This document shows, in pieces, positions 35,286 to 47,121 of a stretch of 64,000 nucleotides of DNA. Both the position numbers and the translations under genes were made by a program. The stretch comes from Amphiscolops sp. MND2022 (taxonomy: Eukaryota). The DNA is taken from the NCBI GenBank assembly GCA_964187785.1, contig OZ076410.1:78988001-79052000 (forward strand), written 5' to 3'. Position 1 is the first letter of the stretch; each line of letters starts with the position of its first letter. The notes beneath the pieces are model-generated. The model was not told the origin of the DNA, searched no databases, and worked only from the letters and a program-made list of their open reading frames with translations.

Positions 35286-36092
35286 AGTTAAAGTTTTAAA
35301 TGAGTTTTTTTCAACACTCACAGCGTTCAGAATAGGTATGTCTTTAATCGTACTTGGAAAGTGTCATACGAAGGTCTCAAAATAGGGTCATTAGGTGGTG
35401 ATTTCCATAATTCAGCGCCTGATACCCAGAAGCATCCTTATCCATAGCTTTTGTTGGTGACTCTGACAGTCAATTTTCCTTCTCTGGACATTCTCAGGTC
35501 GTATTGATCAAGTTGCTGATACCTAAAAAACGTTACCGAAAAGTAAAAGGGCAAAGACAAGTCATTTTGAAAACGGTGTACGAAGCATAAAATTTGGTAC
35601 TTACATCTTTTTTCAACAGGAAGCCAATGAAATCCATTTTGAAGTAAGTTAACATTGCAAGTTCCTTGATAAAGAAGGAGGCATGCTGCTCTAGTCTGAA
35701 CTCTTTGCATTGTTCTGATCATGTAGTCCGAAACACCATATAACAGTGAGTTACAATATTCAAGTCTACTGATAACGAAAGTGAGAATCAAGAATTTTGT
35801 GAGATCGCAAGACAGAAATTTTCGAATCAACGTTATCCTTCTGAGTTGATGTTAGGACTTTGCACAGGTGATGTTGATGAAATAAGGAAAACCTAACTTG
35901 TTATCCAGAGTAACTCCCGAAACCTTGACTCCAATTTTTATCTCAATTCTGATCCCATCGATAGTGATTGTCTCGGGAAGACGAGTTCTTGGACTCGTAA
36001 CGAACATAAATTGAGTTTTTGAACAGTTTACTTATAACTTCAAGGCGGCTAATAGTTTCAAAACACTGGCAAAAATCTTTTCTTGTTTCAGG
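35282..36092 (-). mobile_element. Inverted duplicate of the L2 fragment at 33082-33880
   Basis: ORF 35830-35438 ILTFVISRLEYCNSLLYGVSDYMIR nearly matches 33368-33628; splits a repeat-A copy. Confidence 0.85.
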
Positions 36093-36861
36093 AAATTGGG
36101 ACGTATCCGAGGCACGTTTTATACTCTAAATCCATTCCAAATCGGGAGGTTTCATGTTGCCAGCCATATGTCGATCCAAGTTGTTTCGACCTCTATCGCA
36201 AGTATCGACATTTCGATGCGATGATTTGATCATTTTTTTATTCCGTTATTTCGACCCCAGCTTGTCGGTTGAAATTCGAACAAAAGTTTTCGACCCGATT
36301 CGTGTGGGGCAGGGACGTTTCGTCACCAGTAACTTGGGCGACAAAGTTTTCAGCTCTTTTCAGCGACAATAATGCCGCCCAAATGACCCAGACTAAATGG
36401 CGAAATATCTTCACATAACCCTAGTGCCCTCAATGCAGGAGCGAAGCGAAGCGGAGCGACGTGTCATATGGCCTTGCCTCAATGTTGCTACTTGGCAAAG
36501 GGAGCGAAGCGATCCAGCCATACAACAAATATAATAACCTCTTTCCCAAGTATGTAGAATTTTAGGTCAAGTTTGTAGAATTTCAGGACAAGGTTGTGGA
36601 ATCGTATAGTAAGTTAATAGAAAAGTAAGCCTAATTGATGTGATAAACTTGTTGAACAGTTTCAGATAAGTATTTGACCGATTACACTGGAAATCACTGT
36701 GAGGCCTGGAAATCACTGTGACAACTGGCTGGACGGTCAACACTCTCGGGTCTTCGGGCGATTCTGTTGGTCTATCTCAACAATACACAAATTAAGTTAG
36801 TCCATTCCAATTTTTCTGACCTTTCGGGATCATCTATTCATATCATCTCATAAATTCATTT

Positions 36862-37400
36862 ATGGTATTTATAACCGGTGCCAATTCACTGGACCATGCC
36901 CTTAATTCTATCCGCTATCGGCAACAAAAACTCTTCAGACGTTATTGTTACTCTCTGCCTGGACTGAGTTTCAATAGCAACGCCAAAAACAGCCTTAAAA
37001 TGTTACAGAACCTTCTGAATCGTGAAATTTTTAGCAGAAGTAGAGAATTGAATGTTTGCCACGACATAAGCAAAAACTCTATCTCGGCACATAAAAGCAA
37101 CAACAAACAACCCTGTACGACTAGTCAACTGGTTGAAACCCTTTTACAGCGGCAAACTAGAATTGAAGCTATAGTTTACCGTCAGCGCTCTGGTACGGAG
37201 AACATCCGGAAGAAACTTTTTGAACTGGCATCGTTATAATTGATGCGAAGACAAAATTGTTTTCGATCGGAAACAGAAAAACGCTTTTATTCAGACTGAG
37301 CTAAAAAGAATTCACCCGAAAGTAGTCCCAGAATACAAACTAGTGTCAACAGTTTGGAGAAATGGAAATTGTTTGTACAAATTCAAGCCCGAGAAAAAAT
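36862..37400 (+). pseudogene. Degenerate ORF of unknown origin, possibly SGNH/GDSL-esterase-like and TE-borne
   Basis: VFITGANSL resembles SGNH block I and HDISKNSI a block-III-like motif; frameshifted after 37239. Confidence 0.3.
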
Positions 37401-37499
37401 AGAAAATCAACATCGAAAAAGAAACGGAAAAAAAATCAAGCAGAGGAAGCAAAGTTAACAGGTTGGTAAATTGTTTCTGTTGGGACCTCAAAAGCTTTT

Positions 37500-38745
37500 G
37501 TTGGTTAGGAGGCCTAATCGAGACAGTGATCCAGCCTCATGGGGCCCAAATCTCGAAACCAGTCTACCACGGAGGGCTGCTGCCCTCATTGCAAGAAACA
37601 AGTTGAGGATACTGAAAGAGACTCCATTTGTTGCAATGGGTGCGAGGTGTGGTGGCACGGTTCCTGTGGAGGCATAGAAGTGAAAGACATACGAATACTT
37701 TCAAAATGCGCATCTGTACATTGGTACTGTATCAAATATGAAGAAAAAAGCTTGCAAGGAAAATCATCAAACGTTTGGAATGCACTAAATCAAATAAATC
37801 ACAGACAGAAAAAAGACAACGAAACACAAAAACAAGAAACGCAACTAATGGAATCGATAAAATCGATTAAAAAAAAGATTGCTCACTATGAAATTGAAAC
37901 TGGATAATCCGGAACAAGCTAAAAGCTAGGCAAATGTTGCCAAAACAGAACCACCCGACCGTAAGGTCGATCTCAAAGACGAAGTTGGTAATGTGAGCTA
38001 ACAGCGCTCAACGCGGGATCCAAACAAGACTTTGATAAAAACTGGTAAACAGAAGTTTAGAGACAGTATTGAAATCAAGAGGACGTTTGCAAAACTTTTT
38101 CCGCTAAAGAAGTTAGTCTATGCATTCACTACTGCTCGAGGTAACACACACTTGGAATTCCTCACAGTGGAAGAGGCCGATAACGTCTTGAAATCCTGGA
38201 ACCCTGATTTCTTCGGAAGAGATTCAGTTGCGCGGAAAGCAAATGATAAAACGAATGAACATAGCGCTCTCATTGGAGGGGTACGCCTAGAACTTGATAA
38301 CAAGAAAATCGAGCAACACCTTGACAACAAGTTTCCCGGTGAAAAAGCAAGACGATTCGTCAAAGCGGACAAAGCAGCTTTGCAAACAGTGAAACTCTCA
38401 TTTCCGACGAAACTGCTGTATGACAAGGCCACATCAGACTGCATATTCCTGGATGCTCTTTTTTATCAACCCGTCGAGTTCGTACAACAAAGCATAAGAA
38501 TCATTCGATGCTACAAATGCCAGAAGTTTAGCCACATAAGCAGTAACTATCATTCAAGGGAATCTTGCAAACATTGCGCTGAGGAACATAGCGTCGCCAA
38601 ATGTACCAACAAAGACAAACCAGCTAAGTGTAGCAACTGCAAAGGTAACCACGAGGCTGATGATACTAATTTTTTGACATACATCAAGCAAATACGTACA
38701 GTCCATGAAGCTCGCGGAATACCCATACCTGTCAAAAATGGATGA
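37500..38745 (+). pseudogene. LINE ORF1 with N-terminal PHD finger and C-terminal CCHC knuckles
   Basis: CPHC..ICCNGCEVWWHGSC..HWYC (PHD); RCYKCQKFSH, CKHCAEEH, CSNCKGNH (three gag-like knuckles); stops near 37907-37930. Confidence 0.85.
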
Positions 38746-41424
38746 ACGAAAACTGACTTTCTTGCAAATAAACATCTGCGGACTAAGTGAACACTCTAAA
38801 ATTGCATTAAATCATTATGTACATGAGAAAGATCCCGATGTGGTGTTTTTGAACGAAACAAAAGCCAATTTACCTTGGCAATTTTTGAACAATTACAACG
38901 CTATCAGTGAACACAAACATGGCTTAGGTGGAGTGGCAATACTACTGAAAGAAGAAATTGCATACGCTACTGTCAGAAATAGAGGAGACCTCAGTAGACA
39001 ACATAGCGTTAACAATGGTGTCAAATGGTTTGCAATTGGTCGTTTCAACAGCCTATGTACAACCAGAGAACTTAGATGGAGTCAAGAAGATAATGAAGGT
39101 TTTGGAAAACTGTAAAAAAATTGGTTCATGACAGCAAAATAAATGGTTGCATATTCTTCGGAGACCTGAACGCTCGTCATCAATACTGGGATGACACAAA
39201 GAGTAACCGTTTAGGAGAAGAGACGGTCAAAATTGTGGACCTATACAGCATACTCACCAATGGTGAACCTACTTTCAATCAACAAACGGTTCAAGTGTAA
39301 TTGACCTATGTCTAATCTACGGACCAATTGTCAGTCACTACGAACATACTCTAGCAACAGATGAGTATGTTGAAGTCTTCACTGGAGCACCAAACAGAGG
39401 TCATCTGCCAGTTTCATTTGATTTTGCTGTGTCCACTGAAAAATCAAAAACTAAGAAGTTGTGGATGGAGAAAGCAAATTGGAAGCTTTGGACAGATTAT
39501 GTAGAGACTGGTATTGGCGAAATCGATCTGAATGACAACAACTCCACTACACAGTGGAAAACCTTCTTGAACCTTCTACTGGATGCGTCGGAGGAGAAAT
39601 ACATTCCCTTGAAAACTATATATAGACACAGCAAACCTTTTTGGAATTCTGAATTAACGGAATCTAGTGAAGAGCTGAGACATCTGAGAAGAAAATTCAA
39701 ACATTGCTCGAACTACATAAATGTTGAAAAACTGGCCAGAGCTAAAGAGAACTTCAAGAAACAACTATCCGATAGTGCGTCTGAATGGATGAGTTGCTTC
39801 CTCAGCAATCTTGGGCATAAAAGAGGCCGAGATTTTTGGGCATCATACAAAAGTTTACTCAACAAGAAGAAGGAAGAAGTTGGGCTAATAAGAAACAAGA
39901 CTGGTGAACTTCTTTACACGAAAAGCGAAATTTGTACACAATTTGAAACAACCTTTTTCTCCGGTCAACAACTCTCCAAACAATCTTACGACGAAGGGTT
40001 CGTTGAACATGTCGAAAACGAAGTCATAGACTTTGGTAAACTCATTGAACGAATTTTGGCCGGTAGAATTAACAAATACCTCGACTTGCACAACATAATT
40101 GGTCAAGCACAAGAAGGCTTCAGAACGAAACGAAATTCTGTGCGATCACTGTACAGGCTTCATCTATTGCTAGCACGAGCTAACGTCTCAATATTTCCTA
40201 CAGCCTCCCTTAATATAGACTTGGAAAAAGCTTTCGACAGCGTCTGGAAAAGCGGACTCCTCTACAAACTACGGAACTACAACATAGCTGACAGAATGTT
40301 TCGAATCATCGAGGTTTTCTTGAGAACTTAGTCTTTATTGAACTAGGGGAATATAAATCTCACACTTTTCTTGATAATATGGGGTACCACAAGGGGGCGT
40401 GCTTTCTCCGCTACTTTTTATCATATTTCTCAATGACTTCCTGATAAACAAAAACTGCTCGTTCAAATTCGCGGACGACCGTTCAATTGTAGTCACCGGT
40501 GAAAACACAGACGAACTGACGCGAAAGCTTGGTTTGTCTTGTGTTGGAGTGGAAGGATATTGTTCAACCTGGAGAATGGTTGTCAACGGCGGGAAGACTG
40601 AACTTATTCTTTTCAATTATGAAGCAAGTGACATTAAAGCCCCTGTTCTAAATTGTGATCCCTGCCAAATCAAGAGCTTCACTAAATCACTCGGAAAAGT
40701 AATTGACAATCAGTTAACATACCGACAACATGCAGAAGCAACAGCTGAAAAAGCAAACTGAAAGTGGAACACCATATCTAGCTTATGTAACAACAAATGG
40801 AGCCTCACCATTCCTACATTGACTCTGCTGTACAAGACAACAATTCTTCCACTACTTCCATATGCCTCCGCGATATGGTTTGAAAGAAATCGCTGCAGCA
40901 TGCAAAGGGTACAAGATATTTTCATCAGAAAGGTTTTCAATCGTAGCTATTCGCCAAACATTGAAAGTTGTCAAGTGTTACTGGGAGTACCACCTATTGA
41001 TATATTGAGTATGAGCATCAACATCAAGTTTCTCATAAAAGTCAAATTTGCAAATGATCTTCTCACAGCGGTCCATGATTCCTCGGTATTACGACAAAAA
41101 AGTGTTGCTTATCTTTTAGAAAGTCATCTTGGAAGGTTTGCCAAACTTGTAAACAATGACAGCCGGTTTTACACGGTGGATAAAATCAACGATTTCATCG
41201 AACTCACATGGAGACGTAGATGGTCAGCTTCGGACAACAACTCCTTCCTCAAATATTATACTGAGACGACACCGTCCTACAATCAGTTTACCCCGTTCTT
41301 AAACCATTCAAAATACGAAGCAAACAAGATCTGTGAACTTGTTGTGGGAAATTCTTTCTCTTTATCTGATTACGCCTGGAAAATGAGTAAAAAAACATCA
41401 CCCTTATGGAGTGTACGCCTTTGA
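38738..41424 (+). pseudogene. LINE ORF2 (AP endonuclease plus RT), I/Jockey-group-like, degenerate with internal deletion
   Basis: LQINICGL..VFLNET, FGDLNARH..W (APE); IDLEKAFDSVW, GVPQGGVLSPLLF..FLND, FADD (RT); ATG overlaps the ORF1 stop (AATGGATGA). Confidence 0.9.
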
Positions 41425-44170
41425 TCTAATTGCCGCGGGTCTAATGGAAATAGATCTGACTGTTAGGTCTAACTTTCAGATCTAAATTTATCTAAAGTAC
41501 TTAGGTCTAACCCCTTTATGATCTAATATGTGTTCTGAAAGCGAAAATATAATGTGGGGCATATGCGATGTATGCACGCTCGCCCTCACCGCCGCAAAGA
41601 CCAGCTCCCACTACGGGAACAGGACGTTTCGGCAAAAATAAAACTCGAGACGTTTCGGCAAATTTTTCATGCCGAAACGTCCCGTATTGTCTTGGTTTTG
41701 TTTTTGGTTTTGTTTTCGGTTTTCTACAAACTGGTTAAGTTCAGTTTGTAGAATACCAATTTGTAGCATTCTAGAACTGAAAAAAAACGAAAAGACCATT
41801 AAGTAGGAATGATGCAAAGCATAAAACGTGCCTCGGATATGTCTCCATTTCCTCTAGTGCCCCGCGGCCCCTTGGGGCCGCTTATCTTTCCATCTTGCTA
41901 AGCGAGGTCGAACAGGAGCAAAGACCTAGCGGGAACGGAGATCGCGAAGCGATCGTAGTGGGAGCTGGCCTTTGCGACGGTGAGAGCGAGCGTGCATACA
42001 CCGGATATGCCTCACATTTCAGTTTTTAGATTCCTTCAGATCCTAGGCGGTGGAGCTCTCAGGATCTTGTGTGAAGGATGTCCAGTTTACACCGGGTATG
42101 CCCGATATGAAAATTCGAACATGGTGTCTCGAAACTTTTCCATTCGAACTTATTGCACTAGTTGAAATACGAACTAAGTAAATCGAACTTATTGCCCGAA
42201 GCCTCCTGTTCGACTTCAGTGATTTTACTGAGACTCTTGGCACCTTGTTTGAATAGAATGGCGAAGCGAAGCGACGTGCCATTTGGCCATACCTTAAATG
42301 TTGCTACTTGGCGAAGGAAGCGGAGCGACCGAGTCGTACAACAAATATGCTAGTCTCCTCAAATGAACCAGGCCGAGCACTTTTAACTGAAAACGGTTGG
42401 TTCGTTTTGAGGTAGTTAGTTTGAAATTGCTGGATATTAAATAAAATTTCGACGCTACGGGAGCGTTTCCTCCAGCATACTGAGACGACACCGTCCTACA
42501 ATCAGTTTACCTCGTTCTTAAGCCATTCAAAATACGAAGCAAACAAGATCTGTGAACTTGTTTTGGGAAATTCTTTCTCTTTATCTCATTACGCCTGGAA
42601 AATGAGTAAAAAAGCATCACCCTTGTAGAGTGTACGCCTTTGATCTAATTGCAGTGGGTCTAATGGAATTAGATCTAACTGTTAGGTCCAACTTTCAGAT
42701 CTAATTTTATCTAAAGTACATAGGTCTAACCCCTTTATGATCTAATATGTGTTCTGAAAGCGAAAATATAATGTGGGGCATATGTGATGTATGCACGTTC
42801 GCCCTCACCGTCGCAAAGACCAGCTCCCACTACGGGAACAGGACGTTTTGGCAAAGATGTTTCGGCAAAAATAAAACTCGAGACGTTTCAACAAATTTTT
42901 CATGCCGAAACGTCCCGTATTATCTTGGTTTTGTTTTTGGTTTTGTTTTCGGTTTTCTACAAACTGGTTAAGTTCAGTTTGTAGAATACCAGTTTGTAGA
43001 ATTCTGGAACTGAAAAAAAAACGATAAGACCATTAAGTAGGAATGATGCAAAGGATAAAACGTGCCTCGGATATGTCCCCATTTCCTCTAGTGCCCCGCG
43101 GCCCCTTGGGGCCGCTTATATTCCCATCTTGCTAAGCGAGGTCGAACAGGAGCAAAGACCTAGTGGGAACGGAGATCGCAAAGCGATCGTAGTGGGAGCT
43201 GGTCTTTGTGACGGTGAGGGCGAGCGTGCAAACACCGGATATGCCCCACATATCATAAAAAACGTTTCGGCAAATGTTTTTAACCTGAGACGTTTCGGCG
43301 TATTTTCTTCTCGAAACGTACGCCGCCATGTTTTTGCCGATACGTCTTTTGCCGAAACGTCCGGAATCCCCCACTACGATCGCTTCGCGAACTCCGCTCC
43401 CGCTAGGTCTTTGCTCCTGTTCGGGGCACGGTAAACGGTTCGAACTCATAAGTTCGAGTTTTAATTTCGAATGGACCAAGTTCGAATTTTCCAAAAACTG
43501 GAATAAGTTCGAATCACTGTGTTCGAAATTTGAACTAAGTATAAAACGTGCCTCGTATTTCCCCATTTCATCTAGTGCCCCGCGGCCCCCTGGGGCCGCT
43601 TATGTTCCCATCTTGCTAAGCGAGGTCGAACAGGAGCAAAGACCTAGTGGGAACGGAGATTGCGAAGCGATCGTAGTGGGAGCTGGCCTTTGCGACGGTG
43701 AGGGCGAGCGTGCATACACCGGATATGCCTCTCATTTCAGTTTTTAGATTCCTTCAGATCCTAGGCGGTGGAGCTCTCAGGATCTTCTGTGAAGAATGTC
43801 CAGTTTACACCGGGTATGCCCGATATGAAAATTCGAACGGTGTCTCGAAACTATTCCATTCGAACTTATTGCACTAGTTCAAATTCGAACTTATTGCCCG
43901 AAGCCTCCTGTTCGACCTCAGTGATTTTACTGAGGTTCTTGGCACATTTTTTGAATAGAATGGCGAAGCGGAGCGACGTGCCATTTGGCCATACCTTAAA
44001 TGTTGCTACTTGGCGAAGGAAGCGGAGCGACCGAGTCGTACAACAAATATGCTAGCCTCCTCGAATGAACCAGGCCGAGCACTTTTAACTGAAAACGGTT
44101 GGTTTGTTTTGAGGTAGTTAATTTGAAATTGCTGGATATTAAATAAAATTTCGACGCTACGGGACCGTTT
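41261..44170 (+). repeat. Tandem duplication of the LINE 3' end plus a nested MITE cluster
   Basis: 41261-42480 repeats as 42481-43255 plus 43545-44170; both copies begin TGAGACGACACCGTCCTAC. Confidence 0.85.
42835..43369. mobile_element. MULE-type MITE with 9-bp TSD, inserted in repeat A
   Basis: Ends GGAACAGGACGTTT..AAACGTCCGGAATCC, flanked by CCCACTACG at 42826-42834 and 43370-43378; internal CGTTTCGGC repeats. Confidence 0.7.
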
Positions 44171-44179
44171 CTTTCAGCG

Positions 44180-45262
44180 CTGCGGATCCTAAAGTTTTTA
44201 AAAACTTTTTCTTCATAATTAATCTTTCTAATTTTCTTTCTCATCCCTGATTATTGCCCTCTCGTAATCGGATATTACTTGTGCTGGTTCCCAGCGATTG
44301 CAGGTATCTTTTGCGATCTTGTTTTTTACAATATGGGGAAATTTGCCGTAATTTGACGTTTCCGTCCGAAATTGTCCGTACCAAAGGATTTTCCGATTGG
44401 TCCTCAAGTCTTGTATGGTAAACATCCGATAAAGCGGCCGTCGGAGCAATCCGATAATATTTTGGCTTTTTGATCGGTCGCAAGAGCTGCAACCCTGGTT
44501 CTTTTGTGTTTCAGCACAAGTTTTCTTCAGTATTAGTTTTTTTTTTCCATTTGTTTGGAAAGATGAAACGTCTGTGATTGCTGGGAATGTTTGGCTACTT
44601 TTGACTGAATCAAATGGGCGCGGAACTGCACAGGCACTTTTCGCACGAACATCATAGTAAATCGTCTTGTTTGTCTCTAGAATATTTTCGTATGGCTTTT
44701 TTGATTCTCTGCATAATTTTTTGAGTCTCTGCTTAAATTGTGTAATAACCTTGGTAAAGAAGTTTTTTCCTCATTTTTTGCTGGAAAAAGTTTTTCGAAC
44801 AGATTTGCATGTTCCATAGTGATAAGCCTCCAATTTCCATTTATTTGGAAGTCTAATTTCTTGAGATTAATTAATATAAGTAGTATTTTTACTCAGATTT
44901 CATTGGTCCACGAATTGACGTCGCACGAAGTTTTGAGTTTTAATTTTAATATGGCGTCGATTTTTAAAAATGATTGGTCGACGAAGTGATGTCGCCATAG
45001 TTTCAGTTTCATTATGAACTTTAATTAGAGCCGCATTTTTCATCGAAATCTTTTGCTGCAATACTATTCGCGAACGAAACTCTACTTTATTTTCTGCATT
45101 TGGGAGTTCACCGTGCCAGATCTCCTGGGCGAGGTCGTGATTCGCCGGGGACGAATTCTCGTCGTTGTTGGTAGTTGGTAAAGGCTGGATGGTGCGGGCG
45201 GTACCTGGTGTATTTATGTGTATAATATAGTTTTGACAGTCATCTTTGCCTCCGCCGCTCAA
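44180..45262 (-). pseudogene. MULE/Mutator-like transposase relic
   Basis: PLYRMFTIQ and EPAQVISDYERAII parallel MULE FYQLFTIH and P..IMSDFE.AII; several frameshifts. Confidence 0.6.
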
Positions 45263-45640
45263 GTCATATGATGAATTTCCAATTCTTGTTCATTGACTGC
45301 ATATAATTTCATTCGTTTCAGGGGAATATGTGAGCTCAATGTTAGCTATGGGTAACTCTGAAAATGTACCAAAAAGCTCATCAAAATGCTGAATTTCTTA
45401 TTCAGGTTAGTTGAAACAGGCTCTCTTCGAAGATTGAGGCAATTGACCGGCGCGTTTATAATCCATGTTTTGATAGGTTACGGATACTGATATTTTTGCG
45501 TAAGCTGAAATGTAATAGAAGCAGTGAATGTGATTTTTCTTCAAACTTCTTCCGTACCGTTTTGGTTGACAATTCTCGTAGCAACGAGCCAATGCTATTC
45601 CGAATCTTTATCTAGTTTATATAACTATCGTAGCAGGGAG

Positions 45641-46432
45641 CAGGGGTCTGTAATCAATTATTGCATATTCAATTAATTGCAATAATTGGGAGCAATCAAT
45701 TGATTGCAGTTGTTTCCAATTCCAAATAATTGATTGGTACAAGTCAACAATGGCAATTATTGAGTACCGTATCAGTTATTTTTTTCTTGCGAGATCTCGT
45801 AATTTTTATTTGTAATAGACTTTGATTGCAGAAGAATGTCTGACCTCAAAGCAGCGTGCGAAAGTAAATGACTGGGAGTAGCAAAATTATTTGACGGTAA
45901 AAATTTGGAGTGGGAACTTACGGAGAGAATCGCTTGTAAACGGTTAAAACATGACGATAATGAAGAATTGGTTGAAGTTGACGAAAGATGGAATGAATTT
46001 CATTTCGAATCAATGATCATATATTTCTTTTTCACGCGAGTGTTAAATGAAGCTGAGCACATGCTTACTGACATGATCACTATTTTCTGTTCACAACATT
46101 GTGCAAATATGCGATCACTCCTTTTGATAATTGTATTATTTCCGCGTAGGTGGCTATTTTGATCGTAAATTTTTTGGAGGACAGATAAAGTTTCTGGCAA
46201 TAGGCTGGGGGCATTAACAAACAAGATCCGAGCAATTGTTCCTCAAGCTTATCAAAAAGATCTGGAATGTTGAATTTATTAATGATATTGTTGATGAGTT
46301 GGACTTAAAATAAATGCTAAAAATTATTGCAATAATTGATATAATTGAATTGTAACCTTCCAATATCAATTTTATTGATTGGTCCCTCTTTAAGGATCCA
46401 ATCAATTGTCAATTAATAATTGTGGACCCCTG
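45641..46432. mobile_element. hAT-type MITE
   Basis: TIR CAGGGGTC..GACCCCTG; 8-bp TSD GCAGGGAG / GTAGGGAG; CAATT-rich subterminal repeats. Confidence 0.8.
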
Positions 46433-46970
46433 GTAGGGAGGCAGCGGTTTCATTGAGATGAAATGAACTGATGTTAATTATTCATTCACCGAGAGCTTCG
46501 CCAGCATGAATTACGAATGCGAAACGCCATGTACGCTTACTACAGATGTAGATGTAGATGTATTCTTTTGTTCTTTAGTAACAAATTTGTAGTCGGAGAA
46601 GAATCAAAGGCAGTGTAAACTGATACAGTGCTTAATTGCGCGCGATGTACTGAAATAAAAGGAGTGAATTGTTTTTTCAGATGTTTTTAATATTGGACAT
46701 TTTATCCAAAAGCAGAAATATTACTGTGCCCCGCAGAGGCCAATTTTAAAATTGTGAATGCCAAAAGAAACAAAGTGAGAAGATATTTATCCCACGGGAT
46801 TCTGTCACATGGCCGACCAGATACCGGACCTTTCGTTTTCTGAAATCCGTCCGGATACCAACTTAATTACCTTTTAGACCGGATACCTTTTAGACCTTTT
46901 ATTTTTTATAATGACGATAGCTCCATCTCTATAGGTCTTTTCGGTCAATTTATTGCATTTCTTGCTATAG

Positions 46971-47121
46971 ATAATAAAAAGTAACAACCACTTACGACTG
47001 CGGCACGAGCTACAAAAATGGCCCCAGCTGATCAATGGAATTGCCAGGCATGGGCTACGTCCTCTTCAGCAAGCAACTATTCAGGGCAGCATTCAACTCG
47101 TGGAAATTCTCATTGATCACG
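46971..47121 (+). CDS. ASB-like gene exon (ankyrin repeat); further 5' exon(s) not found
   Basis: Acceptor TTGCTATAG and donor G|GTGCGT; IIKSNNHLRLRHELQKWPQLINGIARHGLRPLQQATIQGSIQLVEILIDHG. Confidence 0.75.
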
